Below, one piece after another: positions 48,450-59,400 of a DNA stretch of 64,000 bases. The translations under genes and the position numbers were made by a program. This DNA is from Anaerovoracaceae bacterium (lineage in GTDB: Bacteria > Bacillota_I > Bacilli_A > Erysipelotrichales > Erysipelotrichaceae): the NCBI GenBank assembly GCA_963606005.1, contig CAVCVO010000054.1, positions 1,988 through 65,987 on the forward strand. Direction: 5' to 3'. The stretch's first letter is position 1; each line of letters opens with the position of its first letter. The notes beneath the pieces were generated by a model. It was not told where the DNA came from. It saw only the letters and a list, made by a program, of their open reading frames with translations, and did not search any database.

Positions 48450-48968
48450 ATGTTATTAAGCGAGATAAATGGTCTTAGTTCTGATAAATTAAATTATCGT
48501 ATCATCGATGATAGAGATAGACTTGATTTGAAAGAGATTTTAAAAGATAAAGAAGTATGTGAGCCTGCAGGTTTTAAAGTGATTGATGATGAGATGTTTC
48601 CTTACTTTTTTAAGACATTTACGGAAGAAGGTAAGGCAATTGGCTTATTTAGAGATAAACAACTTGTTGGTTATTTTAGGATAAACGATTATGTTTTAGA
48701 TAGTGGTGAATATAAAGATAGTAATAACATTTCTGTAGGATTTTGCGTTGGTAAAGATTATCAAAGAAATGGGTATGGTAGCGAAGCATTGATATTTATC
48801 ACAAAATTCTTAAAGCAAGAATATGATCATGTATTTGCTGATCATTTTAAAGAGAATATAGCTTGTCAAAGGACGATTTTAAAAGCAGGATATAAATATT
48901 TTGATGAATATACGATGTATTTTAGAGGACTTGGACAAGAAAAAACAGTAGAAAGTTATGTGTATTAG
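48450..48968 (+). CDS. GNAT-family N-acetyltransferase
   Basis: 'YQRNGYGSEALIFITKFL' is the acetyl-CoA-binding motif A region. Confidence 0.7.
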   Translation: MLLSEINGLSSDKLNYRIIDDRDRLDLKEILKDKEVCEPAGFKVIDDEMFPYFFKTFTEEGKAIGLFRDKQLVGYFRINDYVLDSGEYKDSNNISVGFCVGKDYQRNGYGSEALIFITKFLKQEYDHVFADHFKENIACQRTILKAGYKYFDEYTMYFRGLGQEKTVESYVY

Positions 48969-48970
48969 TT

Positions 48971-49582
48971 ATGAAGAGAAAAGATATTGATAAAGATAAG
49001 ACAACATTGTTATATGGTACTAAGTTTGTTAAGTTATATGATCTTAACTTTCAAAAGAATGCTCATTACTATATTGCTAGTAGGAAAGATGAAGAAGAAT
49101 TAGCAGTAAAGAAAAATGAAAAAGAATTAGAAAGATCTAAAGCTGATGGAGTTGGAGTAGTTTTGATCGTTAATGGTAAACTATACCTTAATCATGAGTA
49201 TAGATTACCTATTGGTCAAAACATATTATCAGTTCCTGCTGGTCTTATTGAAAAAGATGAAGATGTCTTAACTGCTGCTAGAAGAGAGATAAAGGAAGAA
49301 ACTGGACTGGATGTTGATAGTTTAGAGATATTATCACCATTAATGTTTTCTTCGCCTGGTTTAACTGATGAAAGTAATGCGATGGTATTAGCTTATGCTA
49401 GTGACTTGTCTAAAGCTACTCAAAATGGTTGTGAAGATGTTGAATGTTTTGAAGGTTATAGCTTATTAGATAAAGAAGAAGTAAGAAAGATCATCAAGGA
49501 TGCTCATGATGGTGATTACAATTTCTATTCTGTTTATACAATAGTAGCAATGTTGTATTACTTGTGCTTGGAACAACTGTAA
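48971..49582 (+). CDS. NUDIX hydrolase
   Basis: Nudix box 'GLIEKDEDVLTAARREIKEETGL'. Confidence 0.75.
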   Translation: MKRKDIDKDKTTLLYGTKFVKLYDLNFQKNAHYYIASRKDEEELAVKKNEKELERSKADGVGVVLIVNGKLYLNHEYRLPIGQNILSVPAGLIEKDEDVLTAARREIKEETGLDVDSLEILSPLMFSSPGLTDESNAMVLAYASDLSKATQNGCEDVECFEGYSLLDKEEVRKIIKDAHDGDYNFYSVYTIVAMLYYLCLEQL

Positions 49583-49603
49583 ATGAAAGAGTAATGTCAA
49601 TTT

Positions 49604-50209
49604 ATGAATGAAATATTTGCTTTGATCGATACGGAAACTAATTGGTTTGATGAAGTAATGTCTATTGGTATGATCATCGCTGAAGATAATACATATGATG
49701 TTAAAGAGGAATACTATGGTTTGATCTCTCCAGAGTGCTATAGTGGTGGGATGTTTTCTGGTGTTTTGAGAGATAATAAGGCTAAGATTGATAATGAATC
49801 TACTAGAGAGCAGATAATAAAGGAATTAAAGAGTATCTTACGTAAATACCATGTTCGCTATATTTTTGCTTATAATTCTTCATTTGATGAAAATCATCTT
49901 CCTGAACTTTCGGATTATTTGTGGATAGATATTATGAAGACTACGATGTATCGACAATATAATCCTTTTGTACCAAAATATATTGATACTTATAAGACGG
50001 GAAAGATGATGTCAAACTATGGCGTGGAATCTATGTTACATATGATTACCGGAAAGGTACAAAATGAGGCCCATAATGCTTTGTGTGATACAAGGGATGA
50101 ACTATTTATCATGAAAAGTTTTGACATGTCTATGTTGCGTTTTGTCGAAAATAATAATAAGACTAGTAGTCAAAGAATAAAAGAATATAAGGATTTTATT
50201 GGAATTTAA
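49604..50209 (+). CDS. DEDDh-type 3'-5' exonuclease
   Basis: Exo I 'LIDTETN', Exo II 'AYNSSFDENHL' and Exo III 'AHNALCDTRD'. Confidence 0.65.
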   Translation: MNEIFALIDTETNWFDEVMSIGMIIAEDNTYDVKEEYYGLISPECYSGGMFSGVLRDNKAKIDNESTREQIIKELKSILRKYHVRYIFAYNSSFDENHLPELSDYLWIDIMKTTMYRQYNPFVPKYIDTYKTGKMMSNYGVESMLHMITGKVQNEAHNALCDTRDELFIMKSFDMSMLRFVENNNKTSSQRIKEYKDFIGI

Positions 50210-50267
50210 AAGGTGAATGCTTGCTTAGTTTATGAGACTTTTTCTTTGGCAATTTTTGGTTTTTTAA

Positions 50268-50296
50268 TTGACAATCAGCCTTTAGATTTCTAAAAT
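50268..50296 (+). promoter_or_regulatory. sigma-A promoter candidate for rplM-rpsI
   Basis: -35 TTGACA (50268-50273), 17-nt spacer, -10 TAAAAT (50291-50296). Confidence 0.5.
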
Positions 50297-50364
50297 AGTA
50301 TATGTCACTTTACGACAAAAAGTAGCCCCGGAAACTACATTTTGATTAGGAGGACAAGAAAATT

Positions 50365-50802
50365 ATGCGTCAAACAACGATGCTTAAACCAGCAGAAGTT
50401 ACTCGTACATGGTATGTTGTCGATGGAGCAGGCGTGACTTTAGGTCGCTTATCAACCGTAGTTGCATCTGTTTTAAGAGGCAAGAACAAACCTACGTACA
50501 CACCAAATGTTGATTGTGGAGATTATGTTATTGTTATTAATGCCGACAAGATCGTCGTAACTGGTAACAAGTTAGAAACTAAGAACTACTATCACCATTC
50601 TCAATTCCCAGGTGGATTACGTGTTAGAACAATGCGTACAATGAAAGAAAAGTACACAGTTGAATGGGTTGAAAAATCTATTTATGGTATGTTACCTCAC
50701 AGTAAGTTAGGTGATGTACAACGTACTCATTTATTTGTATACAAGGGAAGCGAACATCCACATACAGCTCAAAAACCAGTTGAGTTAAAGATTGAAGGTT
50801 AG
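50365..50802 (+). CDS. rplM: 50S ribosomal protein L13
   Basis: '[18 protein letters not shown]' and '[19 protein letters not shown]'. Confidence 0.95.
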   Translation: MRQTTMLKPAEVTRTWYVVDGAGVTLGRLSTVVASVLRGKNKPTYTPNVDCGDYVIVINADKIVVTGNKLETKNYYHHSQFPGGLRVRTMRTMKEKYTVEWVEKSIYGMLPHSKLGDVQRTHLFVYKGSEHPHTAQKPVELKIEG

Positions 50803-50816
50803 GAGGATCAGGAATT

Positions 50817-51224
50817 ATGGCAACTAAGAAAAAAGATACTGTTAGATACCAAGGTACTGGTCGTAGAAAGACTTCAGTAGCAAGAGCTTATTTGGTACCG
50901 GGCACTGGAAACATCCAAGTTAATGGTAAGTCATTAGAAGAATATTTACCATTAGAGACTTTAAGAATGGTAGTTAAAGCACCATTTGAAGTAACTGAAA
51001 CTGTCGGTCAATACGATGTAAACATTAATGTTTACGGTGGTGGATTGACTGGTCAATCAGGAGCAATGAGACATGCTATCTCTAGAGCTTTATTGGAAGT
51101 AGTAGACGATTATCGTCCAAAGTTAAAATCTGCAGGATTCTTAACTAGAGATTCAAGAGCTAAAGAAAGAAAGAAGTATGGCTTAAAGAAAGCAAGAAAA
51201 GCTCCACAATTCTCAAAACGTTAA
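50817..51224 (+). CDS. rpsI: 30S ribosomal protein S9
   Basis: '[16 protein letters not shown]' and the C-terminal '[18 protein letters not shown]'. Confidence 0.95.
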   Translation: MATKKKDTVRYQGTGRRKTSVARAYLVPGTGNIQVNGKSLEEYLPLETLRMVVKAPFEVTETVGQYDVNINVYGGGLTGQSGAMRHAISRALLEVVDDYRPKLKSAGFLTRDSRAKERKKYGLKKARKAPQFSKR

Positions 51225-51393
51225 TATCATTATCAATCGTCAAGAGAGTATTAAGATCATCGTTATGGTGGTCTTTTTATTTACGTGAGCAAATATAAAA
51301 TATTAGTAACAAATATCGTTAAAAAGTGTTTTTGTTTATTGCTTTTTTGTGGTAGCATATAGCAGTATGAATTTAAGGAAATGGAGTGTTAAC

Positions 51394-51861
51394 ATGTTTA
51401 ATATATTTAAAAAAGGTAATACGAATGATGTCTGTGCACCTTGTGATGGTAAGTGTTTAGATATTACTGATAGTAAAGATCAGACTTTTGCTGGTAAGCT
51501 AATGGGTGATGGTTTCTTGGTTAAACCAACAAACAATGATGTTTGTAGTCCTGCTAGTGGGACATTAACAATGATCTTTCCTACTTTACATGCTTTTGGT
51601 ATTAAAATGGACAATGACAAGGAAGTATTGGTTCATATTGGTATTGATACTGTTAATTTGAATGGTCAAGGTTTTAAGTCTTATGCTGCTGTTAATAGCA
51701 AAGTTAAAGCAGGGCAGAAGATCATCTCTTTTGATAGAGAAAAGATTGAAGAACAAGGTTATGATACTTCTGTCATGGTAGTCATGGTTGGACAAGGAAG
51801 TGTTGAAAAAGAAAACATTGGTAATGATGTAAAGACAAAAGATGTCATTATTAAGGGCTAA
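51394..51861 (+). CDS. PTS glucose-family EIIA (EIIA-Glc type)
   Basis: 'LHAFGIKMDNDKEVLVHIGIDTVNLNG' contains both conserved His residues. ATG 51394 is preceded by AAGGAAATGGAG. Confidence 0.8.
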   Translation: MFNIFKKGNTNDVCAPCDGKCLDITDSKDQTFAGKLMGDGFLVKPTNNDVCSPASGTLTMIFPTLHAFGIKMDNDKEVLVHIGIDTVNLNGQGFKSYAAVNSKVKAGQKIISFDREKIEEQGYDTSVMVVMVGQGSVEKENIGNDVKTKDVIIKG

Positions 51862-52011
51862 TATGGAAGAAATTTCTATATTATCGCATAAGTTTTGAAA
51901 AAAAGAAAAAAATTAATAAAAAAAGTAGTGCTTTTGTATTTATTTTAATTAAAAATATTGGTAAAATAATACGGTAAGTATTTGTTACTTCAGGGTAAAA
52001 TAGGTGGAAAT

Positions 52012-52926
52012 ATGGTAGATTATGATGATTTAGATCAAAATTTAAAACGCAAAGAGGAACTTGTTGAGAAAGCTAAAGAACTTTCTGAAAGTGATGATCT
52101 CAATGCTGCAAGCAAGCAATTTGCTGCATTAAGAAAGGAATGGAAGAGGTTCGAAGATTATGAGTCTAACTTCGAAGAACAGTTGCGTGATAAATTTGAA
52201 GAATACGCAAACATCGTCAAGACTAAGAAAGATGAACTTTCAGCAAATGCTGTAGAGAACAAAGAAGCTCTTATCGAAAAAGCTAAAGAGATTTCTAATC
52301 TTTCAAGTTTCAAGGAAGCTTCTAAGAAAATGGAAGAAGTTATGGCTGATTGGAAAAAGTCAGTAAGTGCTGGTAAAGAAAAAGATGATGAGTTATGGGC
52401 TCAATTCAAGACTGCAAGAGATGCATTCTATGATAAGAAGAAAGAGTACTATAAGAATCTTAATGAAAAGTTCGCTGCTAGCAAGGCTACTAAGGAAGAG
52501 ATCATTGCTAAAGCTCAAGAGTTAGCTTCTTCAACTGAATGGAAGAAGACAACTACTGCTATCGAAGATCTTCTTGAACAATGGAAGGCTGCAGGCAGTG
52601 CTGGAAGAACTACAGATGATGAATTATGGAAACAATTCTCAGCTGCTAGAAAACAGTTCAATAGTGCTAAGAACCAATACTATTCTAAGTTAAAAGAAAC
52701 TTTCGCTGAAAGAGCAACTCAGAAGGAAGAATTGATTGCTGAAGCTAAGAAGTGTGTAGCTCAAAGCAATTTCTCAGAAGAGATGGTTGAGAAAGTTAAA
52801 GGCTTAAGAACTAAGTGGAAAGAAATCGGTAATTGTGGCAGAGCTAAAGAAGATAGCTTATGGAATGAATTCAATGACACAATCAACTTATTCTTCAAAA
52901 ACTTAAGAGATAACAACAAATATTAG
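52012..52926 (+). CDS. DUF349-type repeat protein
   Basis: Four internal repeats of the pattern 'W(K/E)..G..G...D.ELW..F...R..F'. ATG 52012 is preceded by AGGTGGA. Confidence 0.6.
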   Translation: MVDYDDLDQNLKRKEELVEKAKELSESDDLNAASKQFAALRKEWKRFEDYESNFEEQLRDKFEEYANIVKTKKDELSANAVENKEALIEKAKEISNLSSFKEASKKMEEVMADWKKSVSAGKEKDDELWAQFKTARDAFYDKKKEYYKNLNEKFAASKATKEEIIAKAQELASSTEWKKTTTAIEDLLEQWKAAGSAGRTTDDELWKQFSAARKQFNSAKNQYYSKLKETFAERATQKEELIAEAKKCVAQSNFSEEMVEKVKGLRTKWKEIGNCGRAKEDSLWNEFNDTINLFFKNLRDNNKY

Positions 52927-52932
52927 TCAATT

Positions 52933-52966
52933 AAATGTGGTTTGTATAAAGCCACATTTTCTTTTT
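52933..52966 (+). terminator. intrinsic terminator
   Basis: Stem AAATGTGG/CCACATTT followed by TTCTTTTT. Confidence 0.6.
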
Positions 52967-53069
52967 GTGGTGGATAAAACGATTTGTGATGGGCAAATAA
53001 ATCGCACATTATGTTGAAATGAGAAAATAGTTTCAATCTTTTTAGTATAATGAAATGGGGGGAATAGAA

Positions 53070-53744
53070 ATGTTTGCATCAAATGAATATTTACAAAAGG
53101 TATCTTCAGAACAAGCATTAACTTTTGATTACTTGATGAGATATTTACAGAAAAAACAAATATCAATAAGTAAGCAAGATTTCTATGATTTGGGACTTAT
53201 AGATGAAGAAGGAGTTTATACTAATCTTGCTCTGTTACTATCAGGTGAATGTCCTTTTACAATAAAAGTTGGAGTATATCCTAATGATAGTTTTAGTAGT
53301 TTTAGGGATAAAAGAGAGTTTGAAGGTTGTTTGTTAGAACAGATAGACGATTGTAGGTTATATCTAAAACTATGCAATAGGACAGTATCAACTTTTGAAG
53401 GTTTAAGGAGAATAGAATGTAGTGATTATCCTAGTGAGGTGACTAAAGTTGCATTGTTAAATACAATAGTTGGAAGAAACTATTCTACAAATGCGAGTTT
53501 ACTTGTTCATGTTATGAAAAGTAATATTGAGTTTATAACGGTTGGGACATTAGTAGATTTTGGTGATGATAAGGTTATTAATAAGAAACTTATTGAAGTG
53601 CTTCAAAAACTGGAAATAGTCAATGATGATGAGCTTGGGGTTGAAAAGATAAATGAGTTTTACTCTGATGATGATATGAAACCAATAGTTGAAAAAAGTC
53701 CTAATGCTTTTAAGATAATTCTTCCGAGTCGAAATGTTGATTAA
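53070..53744 (+). CDS. possible N-terminally truncated AlbA_2/HATPase_c_4-type (Schlafen-like putative DNA-binding) protein
   Basis: 'LTFDYLMRYL...GLIDEEGVYTNLALLLSGECP...FRDKREFEGCLLEQ' matches the middle of ~480-aa family members. The N-terminal AlbA_2 domain is absent, and the usual 'HRDY' reads 'GRNY'. Confidence 0.4.
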   Translation: MFASNEYLQKVSSEQALTFDYLMRYLQKKQISISKQDFYDLGLIDEEGVYTNLALLLSGECPFTIKVGVYPNDSFSSFRDKREFEGCLLEQIDDCRLYLKLCNRTVSTFEGLRRIECSDYPSEVTKVALLNTIVGRNYSTNASLLVHVMKSNIEFITVGTLVDFGDDKVINKKLIEVLQKLEIVNDDELGVEKINEFYSDDDMKPIVEKSPNAFKIILPSRNVD

Positions 53745-53753
53745 AATTAAAGA

Positions 53754-54428
53754 TCAGTCATTACTATTTGACTGATCTTTTTGAGTTTCTTTTCTTTTTA
53801 GATAATCTAGATATGAGTAATAACACCCACAGTATTGTTGACGATAGAGGTTGTTTTCGTTAGCGAGCTTATCACCTTTTTCTAAACCACCATTCTTTTT
53901 GAAATCAGAGTAGAAGTATTTGATGTTTTTATTTTTGGTTATTTGTTCACCTATTTGATTTAGAACAGCTGAATCTTTTTGTCGAGAGATCGTCATTACT
54001 GTTGTGAAGTAATCAAAGTGATTTTCTAAGGCATAGTCCAAGGCTTGTTTCATTCTTAGAGAGTAACATAGTTTGCATCTTTTACCTCTTTCGGGTTCAT
54101 CAGCTAATGGTTCCAGTTTTTTAAGATAGTTTTCTCCATCAAATTCTGTTTTGATGATCTTGATATTTGTGTGATATTTTTGGTTATAAGTCTCTATTAG
54201 TTTAGCAAGTTCATCATATCTTCTTTGGTATTCTTGATAAGGATAGATGTTATCGTTATTGTAGTAAAGTGTTAGATCAAAGTATTCTGCTAAGTAAAGG
54301 GCAGGATAGCTGACACAAACGCCACAACAAGTATGCATTAATAGTTTAGGCTTATAGTCTAATTTTTTTATTTCTTCTACTTCTTGAAGTTGAAGAAGGT
54401 AGTATTTTTTCTTTTCTTGACCACGCAT
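53754..54428 (-). CDS. queH: epoxyqueuosine reductase QueH (DUF208)
   Basis: Cys clusters 'HTCCGVCVSYP', 'RCKLCYSLR' and 'YCGCYYS'. Start is set at ATG 54428, immediately after the queA stop, rather than 54530. Confidence 0.7.
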   Translation of the reverse strand: MRGQEKKKYYLLQLQEVEEIKKLDYKPKLLMHTCCGVCVSYPALYLAEYFDLTLYYNNDNIYPYQEYQRRYDELAKLIETYNQKYHTNIKIIKTEFDGENYLKKLEPLADEPERGKRCKLCYSLRMKQALDYALENHFDYFTTVMTISRQKDSAVLNQIGEQITKNKNIKYFYSDFKKNGGLEKGDKLANENNLYRQQYCGCYYSYLDYLKRKETQKDQSNSND

Positions 54429-54429
54429 A

Positions 54430-55473
54430 TTAGTAGATGAACATGCAATCACCAAATGAGAAGAAACGATATTTCTCATCAATAGCATGTTGATAAGCCT
54501 CAAAGATGAAATCTTTACCAGCAAAGGCACTGATCATCATGATGAGTGTTGATTTTGGTAAGTGGAAGTTAGTGATCATAGCATCGGTTGCTAAAAACTT
54601 GTAGCCAGGATAGATAAAGATATTAGTGTTACCACTACATTCTTTAAAGCAGTTGTATTTACTATATACAGACTCTAAGGTTCTTACAGAAGTTGTGCCT
54701 GTGCAGATGATCCTTTGTCCATTAGCTTTGGCAGCATTTAGTATATCGGCTGCTTCTTTACTCATCTGATAGAATTCAGTATGCATTTGGTGGTCTTTGA
54801 TATCTTCTGCTGATACTGGTTTAAAGGTGCCTAGGCCAATGTGTAATGTAACATCAACAAACTTTACACCTTTGTCTTCGATCTTTTTGATCAGCTCATC
54901 AGTGAAATGAAGTCCTGCAGTTGGGGCAGCTGCACTACCTTCAACTTTGGAATAGACTGTTTGATATCTTTCAGGATCGGCTAGTTTTTCTTTGATATAT
55001 GGTGGTAAAGGTACATTGCCTAATTCATTTAAGATCTCCATGAAGATACCTTCATAGATCATCTTAAAGAATCTTATGCCATTATCACCGATCTCTGTAC
55101 ATTGGGCTTTTAGTTGACCATCACCAAAAGTGATGAGTGTGCCTACTTTTACGATCTTAGCGTTACCTACTAGGGTTTGCCAGATGTCTTCTCCTTCGTT
55201 TTTAAGAAGTAATACTTCGCAATGACCATCTTCCTTTGTACCATTGTCTTTAGCGTATTTTACGCCAAATAAACGTGCTGGGATGACTCTAGTGTTATTT
55301 CTTACGATGATGTCATCTTCTCTTAGATAATCGATGATATCATAGAAGTGATGATCACTGTATGTTTTATTTTCTTTGTCTACTACAAGTAGTCTTGAGG
55401 TGCTCCTATCCTTTAATGGCGTTTGAGCTATCAATTCTTTTGGTAAGTAAAAATCAAAATCTTCTGTTTTCAT
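54430..55473 (-). CDS. queA: S-adenosylmethionine:tRNA ribosyltransferase-isomerase
   Basis: '[25 protein letters not shown]' and '[10 protein letters not shown]'. Confidence 0.9.
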   Translation of the reverse strand: MKTEDFDFYLPKELIAQTPLKDRSTSRLLVVDKENKTYSDHHFYDIIDYLREDDIIVRNNTRVIPARLFGVKYAKDNGTKEDGHCEVLLLKNEGEDIWQTLVGNAKIVKVGTLITFGDGQLKAQCTEIGDNGIRFFKMIYEGIFMEILNELGNVPLPPYIKEKLADPERYQTVYSKVEGSAAAPTAGLHFTDELIKKIEDKGVKFVDVTLHIGLGTFKPVSAEDIKDHQMHTEFYQMSKEAADILNAAKANGQRIICTGTTSVRTLESVYSKYNCFKECSGNTNIFIYPGYKFLATDAMITNFHLPKSTLIMMISAFAGKDFIFEAYQHAIDEKYRFFSFGDCMFIY

Positions 55474-55476
55474 TTG

Positions 55477-56646
<1,170 letters not shown>

Positions 56647-56715
56647 TTAAATATATTACCACAAATTTAGGAATATTGCTTTTCTTTACCTAATATGTAG
56701 TAGAGGGTGATGAAA

Positions 56716-57027
56716 ATGTATGATGAAAATAGTATTTTAGAAGTTATTGATAACTTAAGAGCTTATAAAGAGAAGGGAGGAATGAATGGTAAACAGATTG
56801 ATAAGATCATTAGTAAATTACAGAATATCTATATCTGTGAGAGCATTGCTTCTTTTAAGATGATGGATGAAGAAGATGAATTAGAGGACTTTGTTAAAAA
56901 GAATATGAAGTCTGTTGCAGTTAAACTAGATAGATCAGTTACAACAATCTATCGTAAATTACACGATCACAGTTTTACTTTGATCGAATTAGAGCAGATA
57001 AAAAAGATGCGTATTGAAGAGCAATAA
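56716..57027 (+). CDS. small hypothetical protein, possible C-terminal HTH
   Basis: The ORF has AGAGGG upstream. 'VKLDRSVTTIYRKLHD' is HTH-like. Confidence 0.4.
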   Translation: MYDENSILEVIDNLRAYKEKGGMNGKQIDKIISKLQNIYICESIASFKMMDEEDELEDFVKKNMKSVAVKLDRSVTTIYRKLHDHSFTLIELEQIKKMRIEEQ

Positions 57028-57065
57028 TTGATTCAACTCGCTTTGAGTCGTGGTATAATTTTTTT

Positions 57066-57422
57066 ATGAAAAAGAGTAATTATCTTGTTTTACAGATATT
57101 GTTAGCGATATTGTTACTAGGTATGGGAATATTGATCGAATTAAGAGGACAGAATACGGTCAAAGGAGTAGCCTATAGTTTTTTAGTTGCTCCTGGTTTT
57201 ATGTTATTACTTACGATCTTTACTGCTCATATCAAATATCAAAAACATTATCAATTTCTTATTGTTAGTGGTGCAGTGCTGTTTGTGATAGAAGTGATCA
57301 TCTTTGTTATATTTGGTTTATATAAGACTGGTTTTGTCATCTATCTGATTTTATTAGCAGTAATTACGATCACGATAGCTTTGTGCTTTATTTTCTACAT
57401 TATCTATTTAAGGGTAAAATAA
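57066..57422 (+). CDS. small membrane protein (4 TM)
   Basis: Four hydrophobic segments in 118 aa. Confidence 0.45.
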   Translation: MKKSNYLVLQILLAILLLGMGILIELRGQNTVKGVAYSFLVAPGFMLLLTIFTAHIKYQKHYQFLIVSGAVLFVIEVIIFVIFGLYKTGFVIYLILLAVITITIALCFIFYIIYLRVK

Positions 57423-57440
57423 AAAACGACCTAAGTCGTT
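57420..57440 (-). terminator. intrinsic terminator downstream of tRNA-Asn (minus strand)
   Basis: On the minus strand, AACGAC-TTAG-GTCGTT is followed by TTTTT. Confidence 0.5.
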
Positions 57441-57454
57441 AAGGGCAAAAAAAA

Positions 57455-57530
57455 TGGCGCCTGAAGTAGGACTCGAACCTACGACCGATCGGTTAACAGC
57501 CGATTGCTCTACCGATTGAGCTATTCAGGC
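57455..57530 (-). tRNA. tRNA-Asn (anticodon GTT), CCA encoded
   Basis: The reverse complement is GCCTGAATAGCTCAATCGGTAGAGCAATCGGCTGTTAACCGATCGGTCGTAGGTTCGAGTCCTACTTCAGGCGCCA. It folds as a 7-bp acceptor stem, D arm, anticodon loop CTGTTAA and T arm GTAGG/CCTAC. Confidence 0.9.
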
Positions 57531-57635
57531 AACACAAATATATTACTACAACTTAATAAGTTATGCAAGAAAAAAATGAAAAAAATGTATTCTAATTTCT
57601 AAAAAAAGAATACAATAGAAGAGGAGGAGTTAATT

Positions 57636-58649
57636 ATGAGCAAAATATTGTTGACTGGAGGGGCAGGATTCATCGGAAGTCATACAGCTGTAGCTTTGAT
57701 CGAGAGTGGTCATGATGTTGTTATTTTAGATAATCTTGTTAATTCTGAAAAAGATGTCGTAGAAAATGTTGAAAAGATCACTGGTAAAGAAGTTAAATTC
57801 TATATTGGTGATTGTCGTGATGAACAATTGATGGATAAAGTATTTAAGGAGAATGATATTGATTCTGTTATTCACTTTGCTGGATTAAAGGCTGTTGGTG
57901 AATCATGTTCTAAACCTTTAGAGTATTATGAGAATAACTTAAATGCTACTTTAACATTGCTTAAGACAATGTTAAATAATGGTGTCAATAAGATCGTATT
58001 CTCTAGTAGTGCTACTGTTTATGATGCAAGTAATGATCCTGAAAGAGTTGAAGGAATGAGACTTGGTTGTACTAATCCATATGGTTGGACAAAGTTTATG
58101 TGTGAGCAGATTATTAGAGATGTATGTACTGCTAATAAAAACTTAAGAGCCATTAGTTTACGTTACTTTAATCCAGTAGGAGCTCATAAGAGTGGATTAA
58201 TTGGAGAAAACCCTGTAGGTATCCCTAATAACTTAGTGCCTTATATCCAACAGGTAGCTACTGGCAAGAGAGAATACTTACATGTTTATGGTGATGATTA
58301 CAATACAGTTGATGGTACAGGAGTAAGAGATTATATCCATGTATGTGATCTAGCTGATGCCCATGTAGCAGCATATGATTACTTACAGAACCATGAAGGT
58401 TGTATTGAGATCAATATCGGTACTGGTAAAGGAACATCAGTATTAGAGATGGTACACAGTTTTGAGAAAGTCAATGGTGTAAAGATCCCTTATAAGATTG
58501 AAGGAAGAAGACCTGGCGATGTTGATAGTGTTTATGCTAATACAGAAAAAGCATATGAATTATTACATTGGAAATCTAAGTTGACTGTTGATGATATGTG
58601 TAGAGATGCCTATATGTGGCAATGTAATTTGCAAAAAAGAGAAAAATAG
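57636..58649 (+). CDS. galE: UDP-glucose 4-epimerase
   Basis: 'ILLTGGAGFIGSHT', 'SSSATVYD' and 'NPYGWTKFMCEQ' (YxxxK). Confidence 0.9.
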   Translation: MSKILLTGGAGFIGSHTAVALIESGHDVVILDNLVNSEKDVVENVEKITGKEVKFYIGDCRDEQLMDKVFKENDIDSVIHFAGLKAVGESCSKPLEYYENNLNATLTLLKTMLNNGVNKIVFSSSATVYDASNDPERVEGMRLGCTNPYGWTKFMCEQIIRDVCTANKNLRAISLRYFNPVGAHKSGLIGENPVGIPNNLVPYIQQVATGKREYLHVYGDDYNTVDGTGVRDYIHVCDLADAHVAAYDYLQNHEGCIEINIGTGKGTSVLEMVHSFEKVNGVKIPYKIEGRRPGDVDSVYANTEKAYELLHWKSKLTVDDMCRDAYMWQCNLQKREK

Positions 58650-58688
58650 GTATAATAAAGCTGTATAGCGTAAGGAGGTTATATTTAA

Positions 58689-58880
58689 ATGTTTAAAAGA
58701 TTATTTGGATTAGCTGTATTCACTGCTGCAGTTGCTGCTGGAGTTAAGGTTGTTAAAGATATTTTGAATGCTGATGAAGAAGAGAAGAGCGTTATCGATC
58801 TTGATTCTTGTTCAAATTCAGAATCTTGCTGCTGCTGTCATAAAGAAGAACAATCAGAAGATACACCAACTGAAGAATAA
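58689..58880 (+). CDS. 63-aa anchored peptide with acidic Cys-rich tail
   Basis: AAGGAGG RBS, N-terminal hydrophobic helix and a C-terminal 'DSCSNSESCCCCHKEE'. Confidence 0.4.
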   Translation: MFKRLFGLAVFTAAVAAGVKVVKDILNADEEEKSVIDLDSCSNSESCCCCHKEEQSEDTPTEE

Positions 58881-58895
58881 TTATTGTTAATTAGT

Positions 58896-58922
58896 AGGAT
58901 GGACAATGTGCCATCCTTTTTT
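58896..58922 (+). terminator. intrinsic terminator
   Basis: Stem AGGATGG/CCATCCT followed by T6. Confidence 0.65.
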
Positions 58923-58927
58923 AAGCA

Positions 58928-58974
58928 AAAGTACTAGGAAGTTCCGAAGTTTATGGAAAAACCTAGTACTTTAT
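58928..58974. repeat. 47-nt palindromic element, copy A
   Basis: AAAGTACTAGG...CCTAGTACTTT (11-bp arms). 41/47 identical to copy B. Confidence 0.6.
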
Positions 58975-58976
58975 TT

Positions 58977-59348
58977 TTAAGGAAGGTATACAAATGATTG
59001 AGGAGCACAAGTTATACCATAATCTACAAGATCTTTTGGGTCATCATATTGGATGACATTGGTTAGTTGATATGCTATTGCTTTATTCTTGTTTTGATAG
59101 TATTTGTCAAAGAAGTCTTTGGTTATACCTGAATATTGATGGGTCAACTCCCATATTTTGCTTGGTGTATCTACTAAGATACTAGACACATCTGCTTGAC
59201 CTACTATCTTTTTGATTGGACTAGTTGAATAAATTAGTATTGTGTCAACTTTTTCTTTACATAGTACTTTTCTATATTCGTATATTTTGGCTCCTGATAA
59301 TATCTTTTTTACATGTTGAGGATTGATTGCTAGTAGTATCGTGCTCAT
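58977..59348 (-). CDS. ASCH-domain (PUA-like) protein
   Basis: 'LAINPQHVKKILSGAKIYEYRK' and the ~120-aa size are typical of ASCH proteins. Confidence 0.6.
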   Translation of the reverse strand: MSTILLAINPQHVKKILSGAKIYEYRKVLCKEKVDTILIYSTSPIKKIVGQADVSSILVDTPSKIWELTHQYSGITKDFFDKYYQNKNKAIAYQLTNVIQYDDPKDLVDYGITCAPQSFVYLP

Positions 59349-59400
59349 TTTTTACCTTGCTTATAGTAATATTATATAACTTTGATAACTTGATGATTAG

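Noticed and set aside
52927-53166. 79-aa minus-strand ORF in the DUF349 / AlbA_2-like intergenic region.
   Set aside because: It spans a terminator hairpin and the start of the plus-strand gene. The product is hydrophobic and low-complexity with no start context.
3945-54530. Longer N-terminal extensions given by the ORF track for several genes (starts at 3945, 4750, 8392, 15104, 20755, 23472, 25485, 33002, 44721, 46016, 51349, 51982, 53055, 54530, 56707).
   Set aside because: In each case an internal ATG with a properly spaced GGAGG-like RBS lies just after the upstream gene's stop. The extension overlaps the neighbour or lacks family similarity.
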